64,000 nt of DNA from Eledone cirrhosa. Taxonomy: Eukaryota. Of this stretch, positions 1 to 10,740 are shown in pieces; the stretch's first letter is position 1, and the number at the start of each line of letters is the position of its first letter. The DNA is taken from contig OZ024742.1 of assembly GCA_964016885.1 (NCBI GenBank), forward strand, positions 37,510,001 to 37,574,000. Direction: 5' to 3'. Both the position numbers and the translations under genes were made by a program. The notes beneath the pieces were generated by a model, which saw nothing but the letters and a program-made list of their open reading frames with translations, was not told the origin of the DNA and made no database searches.

Positions 1-1825
1 TACTGCTTGTTGCTAGCTGCTGCTACTGCTGACTTGCTGCTATTGTTGCTTAACTTGTGCTACTTACCTGCTTCACTGTATGAGGCTATTCCAACAAATT
101 TACATTCTCTTTTTTTTAGCCGTTAAAAGAAATATAGATTTATTTATTTGCAACGTTTTTGTTTTTTTTTGCCAATGGGGCATAGATTTCTTTATTTGCC
201 ACGTTTTTGTTTGTTTGTTTGTTTTTTTTTGCCAATTCGTGGAAAATACCCAAAGATTATTTATGAATTTCAGTTTAAAATCAATTATAAGATAATCACC
301 GACAGAGGGCTAATATAAGTGAGAAAGTGATACTTATAATTTTGGGGTATATTGGCATAACTAGCTCCCTGCCGGTCATTTCAATGCAGATATTATTAAA
401 GGTGAAATAACATAGTTCTGTTATCTTATAATTGATTTTAAACTGAAATTCATTCGTTCGAAAACATTCATTGAACACTGTACCACCAACCAGATTGCTG
501 TTATAAATTACAACCCTGATTTGGAATTGCTGAATAAAGAAAATGCCTGGACGTCCACCTGCACCAATTTTCATTGTTGAAAATGTTAATTCATCACAGC
601 AGACGTTAAATATGGATTTGAAAATGACGGAACTGGTGATTTTAACTGCAAACAAACTCAGTATTATTGAATTTATGGCTCGGAACCGATTAGTTTCAAA
701 CACTATGAACTGTCCTTCATGTAATATTTCCTGTTCGTTTGTAAGTTACAAAGACAATCGACCAATTTCGATGGAAATGTAAGGTATGCAGTTTTACCAA
801 ATCTGTCCGTTCTGGGTCATTTTTTTTTCGAAGCCACTTAGATTTACATCAAATGATTTATATGATTTACTTCTGGTCAATTGGGTCCGAAAATATTCTT
901 ATTGCTGACGAGATTCGGTGTAGTGAAAACACCATTACTGACTGGTGCAACTTTTTACGGGATGTGTGCAGTGAATGGGTGGAGCGAAACCCATCAATAC
1001 TCGGTGGAATGGATGATGCCGGAGTCCCAATAGTTGTACAAATCGATGAAAGTAAATACTTTCATCGAAAGTACGCTCGTGGGACCTGGCATGAAGGCCA
1101 TTGGGTCATTGGTGGGATCGATACCAATAATCCCAGAAAAATGTTTATTGAAGAAGTCCCAGACCACACTGCTGAGACCTTGCTACTCATTATTGAAAAC
1201 CATGTGCTGAGTACATACGGACCAATGGCGTGCGTACAATCGCATACGACATATGCCTGGTAATTCACTAAATTTTGTCGATCCGGTATCAGGAACGCAT
1301 ACCCAGCACATTGAAGGACTCTGGTCTCATGCAAAAAAAAAAAAAAAAAAAAAAAAATGGCACTAGCCGACCCATGTTTCAGTCATATTTGAATGAATTC
1401 ATGTGGCGGTGGAGAAATGACAGCTTTATGAGTGGAGGCGGTAGATGTTTCCCAAAGATTTTAAACTGTATATCGGAATAATATATTGTTTAAAGAAATA
1501 TTTTTTTCTTTTTTATTGTTGCGATATACAGTTTAAAATTTGCTTCCAAAAGTTCAAAAAGATATAAATCTTTAAAAAAATTATAATAATTCTTTATTAT
1601 TATTTTCTTTTTCTGTAAATAATGCCCCAGTGGCAAATAAATCGCAAAAAAAACCAAGAAATTAACAAAAACGTTGCAAATAAATCTATATTTCTTTTAA
1701 CGGCTAAAAAAAAGGGAATGTAAATTTGTTGAAATAGCCTCATACAGTGAAGCAGGTAAGTAGCACAAGTTAAGCAACAAGTCACCAAGTAAGCAGCAAT
1801 TCGAGCGGTAAAATTGGATATCGCC
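1..1825 (+). mobile_element. Merlin (IS1016/ISXO2-like) DNA transposon; left end lies upstream of the window
   Basis: ~200-bp terminal inverted repeats (1-~235 vs ~1620-1825, right end AAATTGGATATCGCC) flank a Merlin-type transposase; same termini as the MITE at 2362-2796. Confidence 0.85.
543..1481 (+). pseudogene. Merlin DDE transposase, frameshifted
   Basis: N-terminal CPSC zinc motif, then VQIDES, WVIGGID, TDQWRAYN and NFVDPVSGTHTQHIEGLW spread over several frames; breaks partly at homopolymers (T-run ~820, A-run 1333-1356). Confidence 0.85.
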
Positions 1826-2361
1826 AAAAATCTTTTTTAACCGAATCATAGCGGGTGTTTTTCTATAAGCTCCACAGGAAATTAGCAATCTCCGTACATA
1901 ATGCCACAACTCAAACCGACATTATTATCAAACAATTTAATTTTACATTCATTAATTATCAATTAGTCATATTTTTTTTTTTACTAATAAAACATTCGAA
2001 ATTTACAGAAACGGATCAATTAAATAGTTCAGTTACATATTAACGCTCCATTATATACTGTGACTCTCATATTCCTGTGATACTTAAAAGGAAAAAAATG
2101 CCGCAATAGTTCAAGTAGGATGATTATTTAAAAAATCATATTTCAACATAAAAAAAGGTCGCAAAATTGCATGAATAACGTAAAAGCTGACAAGCTAATT
2201 TCAAGTTGTATTTTTCCTCAAAAGTCTCTACAGGGAGACACCAGCATTCCCTAGTGTAGTGTGTAATTGAGTATTTTCTCCCGTTTATTTTTTCTTTCCT
2301 TTTGTCTCTCATTAAGTTTGAATTTGTTTCTATCATAAATCATATTTATTATATAAATTGT

Positions 2362-2796
2362 GGCGATATCCAATTTTAGGGGCCTATTTGCTGCTTACGT
2401 GCTGTAGTTACTGCTTACCTGCTTCACTGTATGAGGCTATTCCAACAAATTTACATTCCCTTTTTTTTAGCCGTTAAAAGAAATATAGATTTATTTATTT
2501 GCAACATTTTTGTTAGTTTCTTGGTTTTGTTGTTTTTTTTTGCGATTTATTTGCCACAAACAAAAACGTGGCAAATAAAGAAATCTATGCCCCAGTGGCA
2601 AATAAATCGCAAACAAAACCAAGAAACTAACAAAAACGTTGCAAATAAATAAATCTATATTTCTTTTAACGGCTAAAAAAGGGAATGTAAATTTATTGGA
2701 ATAGCCTCAAACAGTGAAGCAGGCAAGTTAAGCAACAATAGCACCAAGTCAGCAGTAGCATCAGCAGCAAATAGGCCCGTAAAATTGGATATCGCC
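2362..2796. mobile_element. Merlin-family MITE (almost entirely TIR)
   Basis: Starts GGCGATATCCAATTTT, ends AAAATTGGATATCGCC; perfect 8-bp TSD TAAATTGT at 2354-2361 and 2797-2804. Confidence 0.92.
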
Positions 2797-3675
2797 TAAA
2801 TTGTTTATATGTACAAGATGTTTTAAACTTAGTATTTCTTTTTTTAAAAATAGTTTTACTGGGAGCCCTTAGTGATCATCTTCAACAATTAATAACTGAC
2901 AACAAACCACTCGACTTACCGATTTTCTATACCCACCCTCCCTCGATGTATTATAATAAATATTATCGACAAACTTACAAAATTAGAAAGACCACCATGT
3001 TTCAATTGGAGAAAACCATCACTGTACAGAACAAACTAAGTGACCGTTTGACACACTTAGTGTTGAATTAATATTTTCCTTCGTTTTGATTCTATATTTT
3101 TATGTGAAATATCTACGTAATTAAATGTTGTGTATATTATTTGTGAGTATATTTTCATTTTTATATTAAAGTATGCCGTATTTTGCTTTTAATAATAAAA
3201 AAAATCTTAATAGAGTTAGCAAAATAGCAGCCTCCCTTTCGTAAAATATGTTCTTCCAGTTATATATGTACGTAAAAATCTTATGTATATACAATATAGA
3301 TGAATATATTAATGATACTTGCACAATTGTCTGGTTCAACACCAAATATGCGATCCCTCAAGTGATTCATTTCTAATGTCTTAAGAAGAGTATTGAAAGC
3401 TTTAGCAAGTACTTGCAACTCTTATTGGAAACCTTTTTGCTTCTCCAAACAAATCTAAAGGTCACCAGCAGTGGTTTTGATGCAAGAAATGACCAATGAT
3501 TTCTATGAAATTCCATCCGATATTGGTCGTAGCGTGGAGGGGCCGTTTGAGTTTCGCATCGTCAAGCCACGAACAAATATTGGTGTGTAAAGAAAAATCT
3601 CTTTGTGGAAGATTGAACAATTGTTAAGGGAGCTAACTCTTGTTATGGTGTTAGGGGAAGTAAGTTGCTTGTAAA

Positions 3676-3770
3676 GGCGGCGAATTGGCAGAATCGTTAG
3701 AACTTCGGGTAGATTGCTTCGCGGTATTCGTTTCAGTTCTCTGCGCTGTAAGTTCAAATCCCGCCGGTCT
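3676..3770 (+). mobile_element. tRNA-derived SINE, 5' fragment
   Basis: GGCGGCGAATTGGCAGAATCGTTAG head and GTTCAAATCCCGCCG B-box matching the full copies at 16359 and 18279. Confidence 0.7.
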
Positions 3771-3879
3771 CAGCATTATATTAAAGGCCTGTGGAAACGA
3801 AAATAAAGAGTGTCAATGAATGTCATGAAGGATTCTGTCCGATAGTCGAACGAGTCTGTCAATTGGCCGACTTTATGCA

Positions 3880-6230
3880 GACTACTCCTGAAGTGGTTAT
3901 CAGTTGTACTACTGAGGAACTTCTAGGCGACTCTGATCATGCTATGATCATTTCCAATCTGGCTCTTGCGGGCAGCAACAAAAACCAGAACCATCTCCAA
4001 TCTGCTTGCTTTAATTGGAAGAAAGCAGATTGCAACTTGTACTGCACTGAGCTACAGCGCCCAAACTGGCATGAATTCTATAACTCTGGAGATGTCAACA
4101 CTAAACTCCAGAGCATCCTGGACTCAATATGGATAGCGTATGCAGCATCGGTGCCACGTAAGCAGAAAAAACCAACCCTAAAAGTGCAATTTGGGAAACT
4201 TCAGTGGTCCGACTTACCAGGAAAAAACGCTGAACGGGAATATAAACTGCATAAATCAGATGCCAACAGAAAAAAGTGGAATAAATCTTCCAACCATCTC
4301 AAGCAAGTGACAAAAAAGGCAGTGCTTGAATTTGAACAGTGCATAGCAGCCAATCCTGACAGTAAGGTGTTCTGGAAATATGTTCATTCGAAGCAGAGAC
4401 CTCACTCTCCAGCTGGTCCTCTTCGCAATCCCCACACAAGCCAAATTACTGACGATCCCAAAGAATGCGCAGAACTGATTGCTGAGTGCTATGCAAGCAT
4501 TTTTACTGTTGAAAACCAGAATGTACCATCTCCACCATCTCTAACATCAAATTCCATAAGAACTATGGAATTTACACCTGCAATGTTGCGACGTCACCTT
4601 AAGAATAAGCGCAACGATGCCTCTCCTGGTCTTGATGGTGTTACATACCTGCTTCTCAAACGTGGCGGGTACTTCCTTTTGCAGCAGCTTTCTTTCTTTC
4701 AATACTGTTTCAATAATGGTGCTACTCTGGAGCAGTGGAAAACTGCCAGTGTCATTCCCCTGTTCAAAAAGGGTGACCGCACGTCACCTGTCAACTATCG
4801 TCCAGTCAGTCTTACTAGCTGTATTGCCAAACTGATGGATGGAATCCTGTGTCAGAGAAACACTTTGGAACTTCTGGAGCTCTCACAGCCTCATCCGGCC
4901 CTCGCAGTTTGGATTTATCCCTAACTCCAGCTGCTGTGATCAGCTTATCGAGTTCCTTGAAGACATTACCCGGATCACTGACAGCGGCTCATGGGTGGAT
5001 GTTGTTTACCTTGACTTCGCTAAGGCTTTTAATTCTGTGCCACACAAAAGACTTATGGCAAAACTCTGCAATGGGTGTGAGGGATGATCTTTTTAACTGG
5101 TTGAAATCCTTCATTCTCAGCCGAAAAGAGCTAGTCACGGTTCTAGGACAGCATTCTTCACCATATGAGATGTCATCTGGTGTACCACAGGGATCTGTTC
5201 TTGGTCTCCTTTTGTTTGTGGCATATATTAATGACATAGATGCCAACTTAAAGAATGCCACGGTACTGAAATATGCAGATGACATCAAGCTGTACCTTGA
5301 AATCAAAAGGACTGATCCTGAAATCTACAACTCTTTCCTACAATCAGACCTGGACACAATGCAGCAATGGATCACAGACTGGCAACTGAAGCTGGCTGTG
5401 GACAAGTGTACCACCATGCATTTTGGGAGGAAAAATCCAGCGTCCACATACTCCCTCCACAACACTGACATCAAGAAGTCCTCTTGTGAACGTGACCTGG
5501 GCATTACTGTCAGCAGCGATTTGCGTTAAACAAAGCATGTCTCTAAAATTGTCAAGAAGGCCGAGGGTGTCTTGGCATCACTCAGCAAGACCATCTATTT
5601 AAAGCTGTATACAGCTATGGTACGACCACACTTGGAATTCGCATCATCAGTCTGGAACCCCTATCTTGCTCAGAACATTGACCTCCTGGAAACTGTTCAG
5701 AGACGTGCAACCAAGCGCATACCCTCCATCAGACACCTACCATACTCTGAACGCCTTGCTTCCCTGGGCATGGATTCATTGAAGCTCCGACGTCTGGCAA
5801 GCACCCTGGACTTGGTAAGCACCCTCAAAGTTATTAACCATCTCGCCAACAACAACCCTGAGCACCTTTTTGATCTCCATGTCTCTAACACATGTGGACA
5901 TGCCTACAAAATTAGAAAACAGCACAGCTCCCATGACTTTCGGAAACATTTTTTCACGCTCAGAGTTGCTGAAGCATGGAACAAACTGCCTGCGTCAGTT
6001 GTTAGCTGCCGAGACATGGCATCCTTTAAAACCCTCATGCTTCCCGAAATTCGCCAAAACTACACCTGATGTACCCCTTCCATACACATGCACACGTGTA
6101 TATCATGACTCGTGCACTGTTCATTTTCTTGACGTTTGTACATTACCCTATGTACTATACATACACTTTTTGATGAGTTGTAGTGCACCTGAGCACTGTA
6201 CACAATATTTCATTGTTATCATTATTATAT
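3880..6230 (+). mobile_element. CR1/L2-group LINE, 5'-truncated, disrupted ORF2 (RT)
   Basis: ASPGLDG, PLFKKG, NYRPVSLTS, QFGF, YLDFAKAF, SGVPQGSVLG, YADD, RPHLEFAS, VQRRATK motifs in ORFs 3791-6069; 3' UTR ends in an (ATT)n-like tail. Confidence 0.9.
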
Positions 6231-6479
6231 ATACAGTATTAAAGTAAAAAGGGGGAAAAGGAAGGAATGATAAGAAATAAGGGGTGGTAAAGTCGTGCAC
6301 ATTTAACCACCAACACAAATGACACTGGAGTCACCCATATTAATTTTTAGGACAAGCCAATGCTGCGAGCGATAGTGAGACTAGGGCGCTGGAATAACCA
6401 AGCTCCCATTTGGGCATCCTCTCATACCTTGGTAAGGCGAGCCGCTAACTATGAAAAGAACTTCGTTGTTAGGAATCCA

Positions 6480-6855
6480 GCCCTCACAAACGTCTCGAAT
6501 GCCAAATACTGGAAAAAAAAGTTTGCCCATATGGACTGCAGGTTAGGATGAAAGTCTTTGTGGGTAGTCAAAGTTTATGTGCCAAACAGAGATCCTGAAT
6601 ACAGATCCTTCCTTATGAAATCAGTCTAGCATTAGATGCAGTTACGATTGAGTCATATATCCCAATAGGCGACTTCAATGCACGCGTTCGCTCTGACTGC
6701 CTGATATGGAAAGGAGTGATTGGAGGGAACGGCGATCCCGATCTACATACGAATTGAGAGGCCTGAATAGACGTCTGTTCTAATAATAGGTTCTCTATTA
6801 TGAACATCCTCTTGCAGCACAAATACATCCATAAATATACATGGGGAATCAGGTA
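6480..6855 (+). mobile_element. RTE LINE fragment (endonuclease), first piece of an element split by nested insertions
   Basis: Degenerate VKVYVPN, IGDFNARV and HKYTW motifs; colinear with RT pieces at 16640, 22533 and 23651. Confidence 0.6.
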
Positions 6856-8520
6856 CACCGTGTAACAAAAAAAAAATTTTCTCTGTTCCTGGTTTGTAAT
6901 CACTTTTTTGTGTTGCTTAGGTCCCAAATAAATTTTAAAAAATGTGCTATTAAACAGTTAAAAGTTTGGGTTTGTAAAAAGTTTAGGCTATTCACTAGAA
7001 TTATTTGTATGCTGGATTTTACGTTGTATGTAAGTTTAATTTGCTTATGTTAAATGATTTTTTTTATATATGTTTCAGGTTAAATTAAAATTATAAAATA
7101 AAGAGTAATACCTAAAGAAAATTATAAAAGTGCAATAAAATATAAAATTGTTAAAAAGTGGATTAAAGAGATTTATTGATACTGGATTTTCGCACCCTGA
7201 ATAAAGGGTAAGGATGAAGCAGTGGAACTTAGTCAAGGAGGAAGTGCAGGTGACAAGTCAGAGAAGTCGACACGAACCTTTCTCAGGCTTTTACATTCTT
7301 AGGGATGGCCTCTGCTTCTGCCATGACGTGCCTGGACTGTTTGACGTTATTGGGGTGCCGTTTGTGCCCAAGGAGTGGCGGTTATTTATAGACAGCTCCA
7401 CCACAAGTTTGAAGGCTGTCCTCCTCCGACACTTTCCCTAGTTCATTCAGTCTGCCTGAAGGAAGATTACTACAGTGTGAAAGTCCTCTTGGAAACGCTG
7501 CAATACAACCAGTACAATTGGGAAATCATTGGAGACTTCAAGATGGTGGCTTTCCTGCTTTGACTCCAAGGAGGCTTTATCAAATTCCAATGCTTCCTCT
7601 GCTTTTGGGACAGCAGAGCCACCTCTGACCACTACAAAAGAAAGAACTGGGAGCAGCGAACAGAATTTGTAGTTGGGACCCGCAACGTAATGTGGGAGCC
7701 ACTGGTTGATCCCAGGATTGTGCTCATGATGCCACTGCACATTAAGTTCGGGTTGATGAAGCAGTTTGTGAAGGCTCTCAACCAAGAATCAGCCGCTTTT
7801 AAGTACCTTCTAGAGTTGTTCCCCAAGTTATCTGAGGCCAAAAAAAATCAAAGGTGGAATTTTTGTTGGACCTCAGATAAAGAAGGTGTTTGAGTCTACC
7901 GAGTTCTCCAATAAGCTCAATAAGATTGACAGAACAGCATGGAACTGTTTCAAGGCAGTTAAGGGCTTCCTGGGTAACTACAGAGCTGAAAACTACCAGC
8001 AACTGGTGCAGGATCTGATAAAGGCTTTTGGCGCCATGGGATGTAGGATGTCGCTTAAATTCCATATGCTGACGCTCACCTGGAAAAATTCAAGGACAAT
8101 ATGGGCGCCTACTCAGAAGAACAAGACCAACGATTCCACCAAGATGTGAAAGAGATAGAGCGGAGGTACCAGGGCCACTACAGTGAAAAAATGATGGGGG
8201 ACTATATCTGGGGGCTAGTGCGGGAATGCGACCTGGACTACAACCGCAAATCCAGGAAATCCAGTCATTTCTGACGTGTATAAGTTGCTTTATAAGTGTT
8301 ATTTGTTTTTACTTGTTTGCTTTTGATAAGCTTGTGTAATAAAATAAATATATACTCTGTTGATTTAATTATATGAACTGATAAATTTTTTTTAAATGTG
8401 TTTTTTCTTGAAAAATATGAAAATTTCGAAATATCAAACTCCTGACCCAAACTTCTGATTAAATAATAGTGTTTTTTAAAAATAATAATGGGATATAACA
8501 AACCAGGAAATGACACTTAG
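6856..8520 (+). mobile_element. Chapaev3-like (CMC) DNA transposon, internally deleted, right TIR truncated
   Basis: Left end CACCGTGTAACAAAAA..TTCCTGGTTTGT, inverse ACAAACCAGGAA near 8500; transposase pieces ~7200-8273 with WRLFIDSS..SLKAVLL, CFLCFWDSRA, PLHIKFGLMKQFVKAL, MGCRMSLK, RYQG. Family name is from motif recall. Confidence 0.7.
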
Positions 8521-8883
8521 AACTTCCCCGCGGGGATTTGAAGAATCAGCCTCTTGCATCCTGACTGTGAAAAGGTAAACAACTAACTTTCTTTCGTCGT
8601 GAAATCACTAGCCAACATGTAACACAACTTAACCACGGCCTGGCAACACTTCAGCCAGTGTACCGTGCCTTCTGAAATCCTTAATTCGTTTGTTTTATAA
8701 CTCTTGGCATGCCTGCTCTACTCAGCTCTACATAGCTCAACCTTGTTAATAAATAATGTAAAACTAGACAAAGTCGTTGTCGATGTTTTTACCACATCTT
8801 TCTACAGAACTGGTCACTCGTGGCGCTACTAACAATAACACATCTTAATTGTTAAATTGGTGACCCTGCCGAACTAATTATCT
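8521..8883 (+). mobile_element. Partial 5' LTR and PBS-like site of a non-coding LTR element (LTR-3)
   Basis: 8521-8563 matches 16161-16204 in the downstream LTR; ends AATAACA at ~8840, followed by TGGTGACCC at 8858. Confidence 0.55.
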
Positions 8884-9347
8884 TGTAGTAAGAGGCCTTA
8901 CGCCCCCCTGTCGGATAATGGACCAGGCCTAGTTGTCTCCACCGGTTGAGAACACCTTTTAAGTAAGCAGCAGACAGCCACGGAAACAGCAGACAGCAAA
9001 AAAATCTCTGTACCACGAAACAATAGACAAGCTACGGAGACAGCAAAACAGCACACGGCCTTTGTAATTGTAATACGTTGCCTTCACTACAACTGGATCA
9101 CGTCTATATTGGTATGTTTCATTTGTAATATAATAAACACATGATAGACAAAATAAACATCACCATTATTTACATTGTTGAATAGAACTCTCGTTGTGGT
9201 TATTATCTTGTCTACGCACACACCCACTCACTTGTTATAATTCTATGGAGTACCTATCCTCTCACTTACGAAAATGGTAAATAGACGAGGGACTTTCCCT
9301 CACGTCTATATTGATAAACTATCCAACTAGGATACATCATTACCACA
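8884..9347 (+). repeat. Gypsy-1 5' LTR
   Basis: TGTAGTAAG...TACCACA; differs from the 3' LTR by a handful of substitutions and indels. Confidence 0.95.
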
Positions 9348-9990
9348 CTGGTAACCTCGACTAAAGAATTTTACGCAGCCTTTTGTTCATTTGAACTTAA
9401 ATATTTCACTGTTATTACCACGTTGCCAACCTTTTCGCAACTTACAAAAATACAAAAAAAAAAAAAAGACAGAGAAATAATAAAGTGTTTATACGGTATT
9501 GACAAAGTATACAAACCAGCCAAAAAATTTTCCAAGATGGCGTTGACTTTCTTCTCCGTTTTGCAATTTTCCCACCAGGACAGAGACATTGTGTGTTCCA
9601 TATTTGATCAAGAGAAAAACTGTTTTTATGAACATTACTGCCCCGCAGGGGATACACATGCCTTACTTTTTTTCTAAGGGTTTTTTAGCCACAGACTACC
9701 GATTGTTGATATCCAACGTGGATATATTCTAAAACAAACATTTTTTTTTTCTCTTTTTCTCGGGTTATATGATTTGGCTTGCCCGTTGAAGCAACACAAG
9801 GGGACAGACGTTGAAGGAAAAATTTATTTTTTTTAAACATATATATGTACTTTATGTATTTTTGCTATTTCCTAATGTTTTGAATGTCTGTTTCTTTTTG
9901 ACCTTTGATTTTTTTTCCATTTTGGGTGTTTACTTTTCCCTGTACGAGGGAACATTAATTGCTGTTTCTATTTTTTAAAGTCGTTTCACA

Positions 9991-10740
9991 ATGAATACGC
10001 CACATTTTCCCGCCTTTAACGGAAACCCTAAGCTGTGGTTCGCCCAGCTACAGGCGTATTTTACGGTCTGTAAGACCGAATCTGACCAGCGCCTCGCTGT
10101 CTTGATTAGCGGACTTCCCCCTAATTTAGCAGATTCGGTCCAAGACCTAATTACAGACCCCCCCCCCTCTGACTTAACGTATGACTCTTTAAAAGGCGAG
10201 ATCTTGAGAAGGAACTGTAAATCGGTCATTGATCGAGGACGAACGACTAGGTGACAGAACCGCTTTTCTCCGGCATTTGCGGGAATTGAGTGATTCCTAA
10301 GATCAGGATAGCCCTTTCCTGAAGCAATTGTTCTTCTCTCGCCTACCTCAAGAGGTACAGTCGATCCTAGCCCATATGCTAGAAGTAAACACACTTGACC
10401 ACATTGCTGTCTCTGCCGACAAAATAGTAGAAGTGACGAAGAGAGACACTTCGAAGCAAAAGTACGTTGCTTCCTCTTATCTTCCTCAATCACGCTCATC
10501 AGCGAGTGATGAGAAGTTAGTCAAAACAATGGAAGCCATGACTCATCAAATGGCGGAGTTGTGCCAGGAACTCAGGTCTTTTGGACGGCAGAGGAGCCGC
10601 TCACGATCTTATTCAACACCGTAGCCTTTCCAAAACATCAAATCCACCATATTGTTATTACCATGACAAATATGGTGACAAAGCCGCCCGTTGTAGGCCT
10701 CCTTGTGCTTACAAGGGAAACGACGACCAGAGTCACTAAC
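9991..10740 (+). pseudogene. gag: Gypsy-1 gag, frameshifted
   Basis: NPKLWFAQLQAYF, YDSLKGEIL, FFSRLPQEVQSIL, RSRSRS and a C-terminal CYYH..YG..A.RC.PPC knuckle in successive frames. Confidence 0.8.

Noticed and set aside
296-703. 135-aa minus-strand ORF
   Set aside because: Antisense to the Merlin transposase start; no recognisable domain.
543-1481. Bacterial IS1595/ISXO2 element or contamination
   Set aside because: Long TIRs, a MITE derivative and the surrounding SINE/LINE context fit eukaryotic Merlin.
9975-10499. 174-aa minus-strand ORF
   Set aside because: Antisense shadow of Gypsy-1 gag.
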